Numbered from the stretch's first letter, positions 38,441 through 53,320 are shown. The stretch is 64,000 bases of DNA from Eledone cirrhosa (GCA_964016885.1 OZ024740.1:302002001-302066000), one strand, 5' to 3'. The notes: a model not told the origin generated them from the letters alone. Numbers and translations are program-made.

Positions 38441-41131
38441 GAGTAATAATGTAAAGTAACACGCTTGATAGATTGGTCAGGCCATCAATGGCATTGCCTA
38501 TTTCCTTTGAAATCATTCTAGTTTGGAGCAAGTGATAGAGTTAATGTTTACTTTGCACATATGTATGTCAGTACTCACAGGAACAACGTATAGATAAGTA
38601 TATTTCCTGCCTATAAATCATTTATTTAATCCCAATTATCTCCATCAAATTTGTTTCATAAACATTAGCAGTTGAATAATCGTTGTGATGATTCATCATT
38701 TTTAGTTTATATATGCACATATGCAGAATGTTAACACTGCAAATCATGTGAATGCAACCATTCTAGCGCCCAATTGCAATATATATGAATTGTGTTGAAG
38801 CATGTTCAGTTCAATTTTATAAATCCTATATGGATATCAACAGCACTGAAGCTAACAATACACCAAATTTTGATACGCTCGGCAAGCGTCAATGGAATTT
38901 GAAGGTGCAAGTTAATATTGCAAAGTATTACATCGTCATTCTATTGTATCCATCATATACAGCAAGTTTGTTTTTCATTATATAACATGTCATATTCTGA
39001 TTCAAAGAATATGTTTCAAGGAGAAAGCACTGTAGTTGTTTAAAATGCTGCATTATATTGCTCGACCTTATTTTAACCTACATCATTGAGAAAAGCATTT
39101 TATTCGAGCCGAATAAGAGTTGAGCTTAAAATACCGATGCTAAATAACATAGAGAAAATTGCCCTTCGCTAAATAATTCTTGCCTATTTATACAGTGTTG
39201 TTATAATCATTGATTACTCCCTGTCTAAGATATTGTTCGAAATTGTACATTTGAATTATTCTATAAGTGACAACGCCAAATGGTTCATTTGGATTATATC
39301 CTGCCAAACTCCAGCTAACCAACGCTAGGAAAGAAAGAAAATATATTTAAAATTATTCTGACAAAACATTATTACATTTCACCATTTTCCAGTGAAGTAT
39401 AAATTGAATAGGTCGCTGGGAATAAGAGAATGAAGATTAAAATATTGATTTATCAACGAAATAATCTTCACTGATTTGATTACAGTCACAATTTCTCAAT
39501 ATATATGAATGTAACTCTCTAATCCCATTTCCCGATATCAAGAGAAGCAGCAGCACTATCACTACCGATATTAGTTGGAAAAATCGCAAACACAAGAAAA
39601 CTTTATAAATATTGCCACGAAAATCAAACATATTCGTCAGGTCCGCCTTTTTCAAATCTGTGTTTGTCGTATCTATTGAAACAATATCCAATATCTACAC
39701 ACGCTACATGATCTATCCGGTTAATTACTTCTAGAAAGCTGTGCATATTAGCACTTGGCTGTCGTTTGCCAAATAATCCGAACTTTTGAATAGTGATACA
39801 ATCCAAATTATATTACTTGCATTGTATCCTGTCATCTTTTATATATTATCACATCTTATATATATGGCTTGTCGGATATACCATTGACCGTTAGATATTT
39901 CGGCATTCCCAGTTGTATATGCGTTCTTGAACTTAATGAAATGTTATATATTTAATCAACACTATGAATATTAATAACAATGCTCTCGGAAATATATATT
40001 AACACTTGTTGCTGTAATTACACTCTTCCTGCTTCTTAATGTTAAATGCCGGTCAAAAGCAAATTGCTTCCATTAATGAAGGTGCTTATAGATTAAAGTT
40101 TCAATGATTCTCGTTCTCAGATTGCTAAAATAGGGGATTAGCGATGGGAGTTCGAATAATGCATGTATACCTAACTTAACGTTGGACGTGAATGCTTGAG
40201 TAACTGCAACTCACCTCGCTATGAACAACAATGTAGTGTTGGATGTCGATAATATATGAACAAATGGCTGCCTTCGATTTGGGAAACCCATTGTCAACCT
40301 GAACATATTACATATATGTCCGTAAAAGGAATCCTTGTAATTCATATACCCATATATATGCAGGTTTATATAAGAATATGATTAGAATTTCTTAAAAACT
40401 TCAATTTACATATAACATCATTCTTGTGAGATAACCAACTCATTAATCTTCTGGTGTTCTACAGATTAGCACTGCCTAAGCATGAAATAAAAGACCCTTC
40501 CCAAAGAAAAGAGTCAGCGATTCTCTGAATACACTCACTACATTCACAGGGGAAATGAAGGGAAACAATTATTTTGCATATCATTCAACCTATGCGACAT
40601 GTTGTTTTTATGCTGGGCCTCTGTCATGTCCGAAGACGGCTTTTCTATATAGAACAACAGAACAGCCTGCTCTTGAAATTATGTGCGCTGAACTGATTAT
40701 TTTCAAGAAATGTGTACTTTTAACCAAGTTCCCAAAAGGATTAGACATGACACAATTGATTTATGGAGCTCCATTTGAATTTCCTGTGCAACATATTTTC
40801 GTCAGCTGAGTGGACAGGATCAATGGGAAATACAATCTCTTTGGAACACAACACTACTTAATATGGATCTCACCCCTTATCGACGTATCATATGATCAAC
40901 TCTTCCATGATTCAACAGCTAACTTCAAAACTAAACTATTCTACTCATTGTTCAAGTACTAAAGCAAATCTATCGGAAATGTTCATTATAATCTGCTAGA
41001 AATAGACACGAAATCTACTTAGAATCCCAACCTACGTTTTGAAAAACCACGAAGTCTACGTTTGACACTGTAATACTAGATACAGTGTGGCAATTGACAA
41101 TGATGATATCAGAATGGCAAATGGCAATAAT

Positions 41132-41315
41132 TGTTTCTACTTTTGGCACAAGGCCAGCAATTATTCCAGTATATTACTGGTACTTTATTTTATCGACCCC
41201 GTAAGGATGAAAGGCAAAGTTAACCTCGGCGGGATTTGAACTCAGATCGTAAAGGGACGTAACTATGCTGGAAAGCATGTCCGACACACTACCGATACTG
41301 CCAACTCACCGCACT
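41132..41315 (-). mobile_element. Full-length S1 SINE with 17-bp TSD
   Basis: TGGCAAATGGCAATAAT at 41115 and 41316. Confidence 0.92.
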
Positions 41316-42418
41316 TGGCAAATGGCAATAATGATATCTAGAACGTGTTAAATTATGAATCTACTCAATTAGAGATTACTTGAAACCAAACGCGTATGAC
41401 GAATACAACCTGGAGCTCTTTAAATTGAAAACATTGACTACTATATAGGAACTGTTTGCTTTTTCTTCGACAAAATGATAAATGCAATACAGTTGTGAAT
41501 TTATTAAAACATTTAAACCGTGCATTGAAACATTCCATAACCTACTAATACAAGATTTTAAACGAATGCGAATTACTATTATTCAAGAATCGCCATGAAA
41601 AGAGTATTTCCATGCACATAGCTGTAGATCTTTGAAAAAAGGAAACGCTAAAATATGGTAATGAACCGTAGTGATACCGAATATTCGTGCGTGATTTTAC
41701 ACATATAATTTTACTCACATATTAATAAATATATCCAAACAAAAAACTATAAACTTGCGCAATCATACATAAATAATCATGCATGCATGCTAACACACCC
41801 ACGCACAAACTCATATTCACACAAATACACACACGCATTGACACAGATATGTGTTTTATAAATGTATATATGAGAACGTACGTATATGTGTTAGAATGTT
41901 TCTATGCGTATGGCATCTACTAATATAGGTGACGTGAGATTATATAACATATATCCACATCTATCTGTATACTACTAAAACTCTATGATTGAGTGCTTGT
42001 CTCTAATTGAATACAGCCAAAACGACGCATAATGGGAAAAACAGTTTTAAGAGAAGTTGCCCCTGAATTGAGAATACAAATGGAATAAAGCAAATTACGC
42101 ATAAATGGGAGCACGGGTCCCCGAGATACCGGGTTTTTCCGGTTTCCTTCATAAATAGAGTTAGAGAAAGATAGGAAGAAAGAGAGGGTGGATGTGAGGG
42201 AGTAGATTGGATGAGGGACATATACAGAGAGAGAGAAGGAGACAGAGAAGGAAAATGGAAGAGAGTGTGGGAGCTGGTGGTGGTGTTCAAGGAATCAAAG
42301 AATCAAATACAGCATTGCTGTATCTAGCGTGAATTCGATAATTGAATATTGAGTGATGTGTATCATAACTTGTGTTAGGACAGGATGTGTACGCATATAC
42401 ACACACACACAGACACAC

Positions 42419-42476
<58 letters not shown>

Positions 42477-43198
42477 GACTTCCATTTTCATTTTAAATTA
42501 GTATATTTTAATTATCTAAAAATTATTTTTAAGTCAACATGATTTAAAAAAAAATATCTTTACATATATATGACCCACCAGGTCACAGGTGCTCTAGTAT
42601 ACTACTAAATACATGAGTTTGCGAACGAAATAAGAGTAGAGTGTATATTCAATACATGAAAGAAATATGGTTCCTTTTAACTGAATTCTACTATTCGTGA
42701 CTTTGGTTTTTAAATCCTGACGATTTCTGGTTTTATGGAAACAAAGGGTTTTTTCCTTCATTAGTATGAGTCATTTCATTGGCAATTAAGGTACAATTCA
42801 TTATCTAAAGTATATACTTAGAAATCATTTCACAAATCATTACACAGTATAGAGTTGTCAGAAGGAAAATAAACACAATTATGTTCTATATAATGAAGTT
42901 TTCTAAATCTATTCACAATTTTGAAATCTTCATTAAAACGTCTTGCCGCTCCGTGCAATCAAACGAGGTCAAATAAATAAGTGCAATTCATGTGCTTGGG
43001 TCGATTTCATTGGCTAACGATCACCCTGTAAATTATGTCAATTTTCGGAATCATTATTATTTTTATTGTCCCGTCTGGTCGATTGTGTCTTTCATCTTTC
43101 CAGATTTGTTAGCATGAAGTACCATTCAATTAACAGGGTCGATTTAACCGACAACACACATTCCCATAAATCGTGGGTTTGCTTCGGTGTTTAATAAT

Positions 43199-43382
43199 TG
43201 TTTCTACTTTAGGCACAAGGCCAGCAATTAACCAGTACATTACCGGTACTTTATTTTATCGACCCCGTAAGGATGAAAGGCAAAGTTAACCTCGGCGGGA
43301 TTTGAACTCAGTCTGTAAAGAGACGTAACTATGCTAGAAAGAATGGTGTCTGACGCTCTACCGATTCTGCCAATCTACCACC
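43199..43382 (-). mobile_element. Full-length S1 SINE with 15-bp TSD
   Basis: TCGGTGTTTAATAAT at 43184 and 43383. Confidence 0.92.
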
Positions 43383-43415
43383 TCGGTGTTTAATAATATT
43401 AGTGTCTATGTATTG

Positions 43416-43486
<71 letters not shown>

Positions 43487-43493
43487 TGTAGTA
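43416..43493. repeat. (GTA)n microsatellite
   Basis: Direct. Confidence 0.97.
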
Positions 43494-43597
43494 GCAACAG
43501 CAGGACCTGTGTTATTTATGGGAGTGAGTTATACTATCAGCTACTTTCATTTAAAATATGCATTAATTAATGTGCCAATGAAACCATGAGGACTTCA

Positions 43598-43910
<313 letters not shown>

Positions 43911-44642
43911 AATACATCGATACAACCCCTAGAGGTGAATTAGCTTACACATTTAGAAGGGCCCTAATTAAATATAAACTCAATATTAAGATAGTAGAAA
44001 AACCAGGTACCTCCGTAAAAACACTTATTAGCGAGACATACCCTTTTCAAAGACCCTCATGTCTAGATAAGAAATGTATAACCTGTAAAATAAGCCCCCA
44101 TATTAACTGTAAAACTAGAAATGTAGTGTATAGCATAAGATGTACTGAAGGACAATGTAGAGACAAAAATATAGTGTACATAGGTGAGACAGCTCGTAGT
44201 GTAGGGGAACGGATAAATGAACACTGGCGAGACCTTCAAGATAATAAATAATCATCTGTACTCTACCAACATGCTAAAATAGAACACACGGGTAAATTAG
44301 AGAACATAGAAATAAAAATAGAATCTACACACAGAAAAGACGCAATGTTTAGACAAATTACAGAGTCAATAAACCTAAAAGAATTACAACCAAAATTAAA
44401 TAGAATATATGAGTGGAACAGCAACATCACAACTTACAATTAAGGACAAAATGAAAACACGCACACACATAGAACAAACAACCAACCAGTAATATGTAAA
44501 TAAACAAATAAATAAATGAACATAAACACACACAGACACCCGGATATGGCGCATGCGCAACTGAGCACACAACACACACACAGAAACAAAATGGCGTAGC
44601 ACAGAACAAAGGAGAGGCACAGAAACAAAGAAAGGAATCCCC

Positions 44643-44687
44643 AGTCACTGAAGAGGTCACAGAGTGTGTGACGAAAGAACTATGACT
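44643..44687 (+). ncRNA. Minimal hammerhead ribozyme, PLE-B upstream pLTR
   Basis: AGTCA-CTGAAGA-G-GTCACA(GAGTG)TGTGAC-GAAAGAACTA-TGACT. Confidence 0.85.
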
Positions 44688-44817
44688 ATATATAAACAAC
44701 TATCTGGTTGTGGAACCAACCAACCAACCAGAAATTTATAAATTTATAAATTTATTATAAATTTATTATAATAAATTGAAGTGAAAGCAACTGGTGCGTG
44801 TGTTTCTTATTGGCAAC

Positions 44818-47800
44818 ATGACCCTCCCAAAGTATAACAATATCGCTTTCAACACACGATTTCAGATAAAGAATCTTGCTAAACAAATTCAGAAACGAAA
44901 TATCGTAAGCCTTAGCCAGGCTAACAAGATACTGAAAACCACCATGTTCTGTTGTCTACGAAAAACCATAACATCTCGACAACTACACTTCATAAAAGAA
45001 TGTGCCTCGTCCCGAGTTTACACCAACACCATCAACACCGACGTTAGAAGATTACAACTCACCAAAAAACAAGCAGATAGGCTAAAACGAACATTAATTC
45101 TAAACATAAAAAAGAAGATCTATAGAGAATTAAGTCATCAAGAAAAACATAAGCGTAACGTAATACAAGAAATAGCTAGGATCACCACACCAAGAGAGAA
45201 ACTAATATTTATAAGCCTTATACCTCCTGAAGAACAGTACATTACTCAAGAATGTGATAAGCACTTTAACAAGAAACTAAAGTGGCTTAAGCAGATAAAG
45301 CTAAATCAGGATACTATAGAGAATACCAATAGATATCCCGACAAAATTGACGGTATAAATATGGCCGACACCGCATTAACAGATGAGTTCAACAACAACA
45401 ACAACACAAATATATACGGCAACACAATGATAGATAATGATGAATTATCTGCATTACAACTTCCACCGAAATTTGCGACATTCAAGAAGGTAAATATGAT
45501 TAGTTGTCTGTCAGAAATAGAAAAATCATTTACAAAACTACGCTGGAGCCTCAAAAACAAAAACAAAAACAAAAACAAAGGCAACAATATACGCACACAC
45601 ATATACAACACACATCCCAACAACAACAGACACACAGACACAAACAACAATAACAACAACACACACACCAACAACAACAACAATAACGACATACCCAGAA
45701 ACAACAACAACAGACACGCAGACACAAACAACAATATTAACATACACAACAACAATAACACACACGGAGACAACGACACACATCAACAACAGCACACATC
45801 AACAACAACACACACACATTCAATGCCTCTCACCACCACCACAATCTTAACAAACACACAGACACAGAAAACAAGTAATGACAGTAGCACAGAAATCACA
45901 GAAATAAGGGAAAGTAATAGGATTAAAAAGAGAAGGGAGACTAAGGACAAAGAGAACACACAGACACACAAAATAGGGTAGATATTAACAATGAGCCAGT
46001 GGAAAGAGACAGGAGTAATTATGAGAGACATAGAAACAACCATGAGGCTGTTGGTGGAAATAGAAATAGAAACAACACAACTAACAATAACAATAGCACT
46101 AGTACACATAAAGCAGCAGCCTGGAACTCTACGTTTTATAACCCCTCCGATAAATCGTTCGACCTGCGACGAGTCCACGCCACGACTTTACCATTTAACA
46201 AACGCACGCAATTGCCGTCGCAGGTCGATGAACAAACAGAAGCACAATTTAGTATAGCTAGATCCGAACTTAGATATATTATAGAACAGTATAGCAAGAA
46301 GCATAATAGAATGGAGGCCCAGCAACTGGGAGAAAAATCTGCAAATGGCTTGCGTAAGCTCATGCAGCGCTCACGTAATGGAGAGATAGCATGCTTTCCA
46401 ACAGACAAGTCTGGCAGAATGTCGGTTGACAGCCTGCCAAACGATATCCAGACAATGCAACCCCACATCACTAACACAAGAGAGGTAACACCACAGGAGC
46501 ATGAGGATAGAGAAAAAGCCCTCAATGCCCATATGGTGATGTGGACGAATATAATGCAGCCCAACAAAAGGACTGCCAACAACTTCCAGGCCTGGAACAA
46601 TGACGTGCCGGCGTTGTATGGGCTTCGAAAAGACCATAAAACGGGCGGTGACCCTGTCGCGGGACCACCAACACGGCCAGTCTGTGGAGCTAACATTGCT
46701 AGTAACTACAGACTGTCCTACTTCCTCTCCCTGATCATACGCCCCATCATTGAAATGTCCCCAGATGTATGTGACAGCACGGAGGACCTCCTCAGCAGAA
46801 TTATTGTGAATAACCGATCTAGGGACCTAACAAACTGCATAATAGACAGTATGGATGTTGTGTCCCTGTATCCATCTATTGACGTGGATTTGCTGTGGAG
46901 AAATGCGTAGAAATGATCAGTGAGAGCAAGGTTGAGTTCCGGGGGATTGATACCAGTGAGCTGGGACTCCTACTTAAGCTTACCTATAGTAATAATTACC
47001 TAGACACATATGACCTTAGCAACCTGTGCCCTACAAGTTTAGCAAGAGGCAGACCACCTACCATTACCTCAATGGCCAAGAAATCCCACACAGATAGATG
47101 GAACGGGTGGACCAGAGCCATACGGACACCCGAAAACCACGATGAACTGAAGAAAATGAATGCACATGCGGTAGGGGCCAGCATAAAACTAACCCTTAAG
47201 GAACATATGTTCAAATTTAATGGAAAAACATATGCCCAAGAGGAAGGAGCGGCCATTGGTGTTAGCATTGCAGGCGACATAGCTAACTTATTCATGGTAT
47301 GGTGGGACAGTAGACTTAAACATAAACTTAAAGAACAATTAGAAGACTCCTTAACCCTGATAATGTACTCCCGCTACGTTGATGATATAAACATCGTAGT
47401 TAAGACACCCCCACTAGAGAACAGTCAGGAACTAGAGAAAAACACAATGGAAAGCATCCAGCAAATAGCAAACTCCATCCACCAGAGCATTAGAGTTACT
47501 ATAGACTACCCAAGTAAACACCCCAACCATCGATTACCTGTACTAGACACATAGCTCTGGTTAGATACCATTAACAACAAAAAACAAATCCTCCATTCCC
47601 ATTATGACAAACCCATGACTTCCAAACATCTGATCCACCGAAACTCGGCCGTTTCGGACCATACCAAAATCAACATACTGATTGCGGATTTGGTACGGGT
47701 GATGAGAAATGTGTCCCGCATGTGCAACACCCAAGAACTAGAGAGACACATACAACACTTCATCCACCGTATGCAGTTCTCTGGCTACAATCAGAGAGAT

Positions 47801-48505
47801 AAAATCAGAGTGTATAGAGGAGCCAGAACCAAATGGGAAAAAATGGTAAATAATGACATAAATGGGACCTGCCCCTTGTATAGGAGCAAATTTTGGAATA
47901 GAATAGAAAGAACTAGGAACAAGGCTAATGGAATAAACTCATGGTATGATAGCAATAAATACCAGAGTGTAATGTTCATCGATACAACCCCTAGAGGTGA
48001 ATTAGCTTACAAATTTAGAAGGGCCCTAAATAAACATAAACTCAATATTAAGATAGTAGAAAGACCAGGTACCTCCATAAAAACACTTATTAGCAAGACA
48101 TACCCTTTTCAAAGACCCTCATGTATAGATAAGAAATGTATAATCTGTAAAATAAGCCCCCATATTAACTGTAAAACTAGAAATGTAATGTATAGTATAA
48201 GATGTACTGAAGGACAATGTAGAGACAAAAATATAGTGTACATAGGTGAGACAGCTCGTAATGTAGGAGAACGGATAAATGAACACTGGCGAGACCTTCA
48301 AGATAGTAAAGAATCAGCTGTACTCTACCAACATGCTAAAATAGAACACAAGGGTAAATTAGAGAACATAGAAATAAAAATAGAATCTACACACAGAAAA
48401 GACGCAATGTTTAGACAAATTACAGAGGCAATAAACATAAAAGAATTACAACCAAAATTAAATAGAAAATATGAGTGGAACAGCAACATCACAACTTACA
48501 ATTAA
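44818..48505 (+). pseudogene. Disrupted long PLE ORF (about 1230 codons): N-terminal and Asn-rich region, RT, Cys linker, GIY-YIG
   Basis: TDKSG, YGLRKDHK, TRPVCG, SMDVVSLYPSI, GAAIG..IANLFM, YSRYVDD, CIDKKCIIC, VMY..C..C..YIGET.R...R..EH; frameshifts near 45975 and 46895, TAG at 47552. Confidence 0.92.
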
Positions 48506-48705
48506 GGACAAAATGAAAACACGCACACACATAGAACAAACAACCAACCAGTAACATGTAAATAAACAAATAAATAAATGAACATAAACACACACAGACA
48601 CCCGGATATGGCGCATGCGCAGACTGAGCACACAACACACACACAGAAAAAAAATGGCGTAGGACAGAACAAAGGAGAGGCACAGAAACAAAGAAAAAAA
48701 TCCCC

Positions 48706-48750
48706 AGTCACTGAAGAGGTCACAGAGTGTGTGACGAAAGAACTATGACT
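48706..48750 (+). ncRNA. Minimal hammerhead ribozyme, PLE-B downstream pLTR
   Basis: Identical to 44643-44687. Confidence 0.85.
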
Positions 48751-48911
48751 ATATATAAACAACTATCTGGTTGTGGAACCAACCAACCAACCAACCAGAA
48801 ATTTATAAATTTATAAATTTATTATAAATTTATTATAATAAATTGTTTCTTATTGGCGACATGACCCTCCCAAAGTACAACAATATGTATAAATATATAT
48901 ATATATAAATA

Positions 48912-48969
<58 letters not shown>

Positions 48970-49432
48970 TAAATTTAGACTTCAAATTTTAATCTTCAAA
49001 TTTATTATTATTACTATGTGTGAGATTTTCTTTAGAACTGCTGGACTAACAACCTAGCAGCTCCCTCAACCACTGATGGTGATTATCGCCAAATATTGAT
49101 GTTGATTTGGTTATCAATATTAATATTATTGGCTTACCCACTGAAGATTTAAAAGGGCCCACTTGAATAAGTATCTGTTGATCTTATACAAACTTCTACA
49201 TAACTTGGTATATTTTCACCCACCTTGTAGAAATCTTATAATGAAACGAGTCATCTTGAAAATGATATATTTGATATATCTCATATGAAATAATACAGCC
49301 AATTATCCACAAAATACAATATAGTGGGCACCCCAAACGTTTAATTGGGAATATACTCAGGTATTTCCTAATGTTTGTTGAGTGAGTCGGAATTTGGCCG
49401 GAGTATCGCTATTAGCTTTCTCCGATTATGTG

Positions 49433-49472
<40 letters not shown>

Positions 49473-49684
49473 TATTTGGGGAGGGTCATATTTGCGTAAT
49501 ATTGCCAGAATTAATAACAGAACACACTCACTGTTTGGTTGGTTTTCGCTTCTCGCTGTCTTTTATATATATATATCTGCGATCTAACTTACTCGGTCCT
49601 CAATGTTGCCATTGACTGACCGGCGGTCAAAAATAATACAGATACAATATAGACAAACACATATATATATAGTTTACATAATTT

Positions 49685-49725
49685 ACATAAATCTTTCGTT
49701 GCACATCTGCAACATCGTCAGTGGT
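49685..49725 (-). ncRNA. Minimal hammerhead ribozyme in pLTR
   Basis: CA-CTGACGA-T-GTTGCA(GATG)TGCAAC-GAAAGATTTA-TG; stem I short. Confidence 0.7.
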
Positions 49726-50003
49726 GTTATATTCATTGTTCCTCCTGTTGTGTTGTATGTCTACGCCATTTTTTTTTTTTTTGTTCAGTCTGTCTATATA
49801 TTTATTTATTTATTTGCTTGTTTGTTTATCTTATTTTATTTTGTCTTCTTTGCGCATGCGTTTGCGTGTGTTATGTGTGATGTGTGACTAGTGTGTATAG
49901 TGTGTATAGTGTTGTGTCTGCTGGGTGACTAGTGTGTGTTTATGTGCTTGTGTATGTATTTATTTATCTTATTTTATTTATTTTATTTAATTTACTTATT
50001 TAT

Positions 50004-51154
50004 TTATACTTCTCTTAGGTCAGTGTTGTTTGTTTGGGTGTTGTTGTTGTTCCACTCATTCTTTCTGTTTAGCTTTGGTCTTCTAATTTCTATTTCACTG
50101 GCCTCTCTGATTTGCCTATCTGCTGGGTCATTCCTATGTTTAGATATTATTCTAATTTCTATGTTGTCTATGTTACCGTCATGTTGTTGTCTAGCATGTT
50201 CGTATAGTACTGACCCGTTTTTTCGTCCTTTTAGTTCCCCCCAGTGTTGGTCTATCCTTTCACCTATGCTACGAGCTGTCTCACCTATGTATGTTGTTGT
50301 CGTGTTTCTGCAAGTACCCTCTGTACATCTTATGCTATAGACTACGTTTCTAGTTTTACAGTTTATCCGGAGGTTCACCTTACATATGATACATTTCCTA
50401 TTGGTACAGTGGGTTTTCTTAAAAGGGTAGGTTTTGCTGATCAGGGATTTTATGGTGGTTCCTGGCTTTTCTACCACCTTTATTTTTAAGTGGGTCTTTC
50501 TCAGGGCCTTTCTACACTGGTTAGCTAATTTCCCTCCAGGGGTGGCGTCCACAAACATGACACTCTGATATCTCTGGTTGTCGTACCATGATGTGGCCTT
50601 CCCTATCTTATGTCTAGCCCTATCTAAGCTATTCCATGATTTGCTCCTGTATAGTGGGCAAATTCCTTTCATGTCCAGTTCTATGAGGGTCTTATACTTT
50701 TCCATGGCTCCTTCGTATACTCTGACTCTGTCTCTTTGGTTGTAGCCAGAGAACTGCATGCGGTTGATGAAGTGTTGGATGTGTCCTTCCATTTCTGTTG
50801 GGTCGCACATGCTGGACACATTCTTCATCACTCGTACCAAATCTGCGATCAGAATATTAAACTTAGCACTACTGGACATTGCTGAGTTTTTGAGTATCAG
50901 GTATTTGGAGGCCATGGGTTTAGCATAGTGTGAGTGGAGAATTTGGGCTCTCTCGTCTATAGTGTTAATCCAGAGTTCTGTGTCTAATACAGGTAGTCTA
51001 TTGTTAGGGTGTTTGGAAGGGAAGTCTATAGTTACAGTTATACTCTGGTGTATGGAATTAGCTATCTGCTGGATGCTTTCCATCGTGCTACGTTCTAAAT
51101 CAAACTTGTTAGTGCTCTCTAGTGGGGGTGTTTTCTTATAACTATATTGATATC
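50004..51154 (-). pseudogene. C-terminal PLE ORF fragment (RT thumb, Cys linker, GIY-YIG)
   Basis: [37 protein letters not shown]; paralogous to 47385-48505. Confidence 0.9.
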
Positions 51155-51325
51155 GCAGATATATATATATAAAAGACAGCGAGAAGCGAAAACCAACCAA
51201 ACAGTGAGTGTGTTCTGTTATTAATTCTGGCAATATTACGCAAATATGACCCTCCCCAAATATAACAATATCTGTTTCGACACACGATTTCATATAAAAA
51301 ACCTCGCAAAACTAATTCATCGCCG

Positions 51326-51393
<68 letters not shown>

Positions 51394-52476
51394 GTGGGTG
51401 TGTGTGTTGTGTGTGTTTGTGTGTGTGTATGTATGTATACATATATGCACACACACATATATATATATCACAGAAAAAAGAGAATCAGTATTGCGACGAA
51501 AATAATTTATTGGACATATTTCAATTGTTTCTCGGGCGACCAGCTCGAGGCACGATTGATATGGTGATCACACCTGACTTTGAAATCGCGCGTTCCTCGG
51601 ATACGTCTCGATTCTACTAAGCAGATTTTCCTATTGTCCTTTAACATCTATTTCCTTCGTTTGTTGATTTAGATCCTGTTGGTGTCATTTCATGAGTGGT
51701 CAAGAATTGTACACGTCACCGGTATTTCTAGCCACTCATGATTGCCCACTGCTTGAATCTTCTCGTTCTCCACCTGTCAATCAAAATTTCTTCATGTATC
51801 AAAATTACTACTGTGGTGGGAGAGGGGCTGTAATCTTGAATGGCTGGCATCACTTCGACGTCTTCATTGTCCCTAGGCGCCTTAGTCCACATCGGTCAGG
51901 TACACACTCGCAATTATACTGTATGCGGCAGTCATCATAAATAATGTTTGGCAGGAATTTTTTTTAAAAACAAATCATAGGGATATTTAGTATAACATTT
52001 GTAGGAGACAGCCTTAGAATACCCTCCATCATACATATTTCAAAACGAAAAAGAAAGAGAAATAATCTGTGTTATGAACGTTTTTAAATGAAAGCTTTCA
52101 ACAGACTTTCGAGAAGAAAGGCTATATCAAAGGTGTTTACAACAAATACACCCAATGCTACACACATACACTGGAAGCAGAGGAGCGCGCATAGACAAGA
52201 TGCGGCACATATATAGACAGATGAGAAAAGAAAAATCCATAGAAAGTCATCCGTAACCCCACGCAGACATGCTCAGACAAAAACATCGACCCAGGCATGC
52301 GCACACCCGTGCTCATGCATGTCTGTGTGGACACACATACATACTTACATGTACGAATAAATCCCTTTCGTCGCACCACTGATTCTCTTTTGTATGTGAT
52401 ATCATACTCTGCTCTACGAGGGCATCGAGTGTTCATACGGGCTACCGCATACGGACCCATTTAAGCATTCAACACC

Positions 52477-52523
<47 letters not shown>

Positions 52524-52555
52524 TATATATTTATATATATATATATATATATATA

Positions 52556-52625
<70 letters not shown>

Positions 52626-52835
52626 CATGCATCGCTGAATTGATTCTGTAATTCAGAGCACCAGCTATGTAACAACTTGTGATACTCGAGTAGCATTATA
52701 TTTAGGATAAACCCGAGTCGAGTGCAGGATGGTCAACCACTTATATCCCATGAGGAATATACGTCGAAACCGGAATTCACTTCATTGCTCCCGTCTCTCT
52801 CCCCACCCCCCTCTATCTCTCTCTCTCGATACATA

Positions 52836-52866
<31 letters not shown>

Positions 52867-52872
<6 letters not shown>

Positions 52873-53123
52873 AGATCAAAAGATGGTTAAAGGAGTTCCA
52901 TGTATTTTATTATGCGCATTTCAAAAACAAACATCATCATGCAATAACAATCAACATATGTTGATTTAAAACTGCACTATCCACAAGTGTTTTTTAGCCT
53001 TCATATCATGTTCTCCTGTTTTATCTGATGAAAACACAAATGTTATTGCATGATGATGTTTGTTTTTGAAATGCGCATAATAAAATACAGGGAACTCCTT
53101 TAACCATCTTTTGATCTTATATT
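52867..53123. repeat. ~85-bp inverted repeat formed by HHR family D-like sequence
   Basis: 52867-52950 versus 53041-53123. Confidence 0.88.
53017..53087 (+). ncRNA. Type I hammerhead ribozyme (family D-like)
   Basis: TGTTTTAT-CTGATGA-long AT-rich stem II-GAA-ATGCGCAT-A-ATAAAATA; palindromic stem III. Confidence 0.7.
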
Positions 53124-53208
53124 ATGCATACTCCAGTCCTACAAACTGTAGAGTGCTTCTTATCCGATATCTGCATTGCTTTATTGTACTACAATAAAAC
53201 TCACCTCC

Positions 53209-53309
<101 letters not shown>

Positions 53310-53320
53310 ATAAATATATA

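Larger units (their letters stand above)
49469..51328 (-). mobile_element. 5'-truncated PLE-B-related element with inverted pLTR extension
   Basis: Minus-strand part 49469-51154; plus-strand piece 51152-51328 repeats 49469-49581 inverted and continues into the ORF start MTLPKYNN; both ends in (TA)n. Confidence 0.9.

Noticed and set aside
39437-40960. Short ORFs with coding-like composition (possible old transposase or host exons)
   Set aside because: No convincing motif or splice structure by eye; needs BLASTX and RNA-seq
50004-51293. 429-aa ORF as an intact gene
   Set aside because: The N terminus reads through the inverted pLTR junction; it is a chimeric truncated PLE fragment
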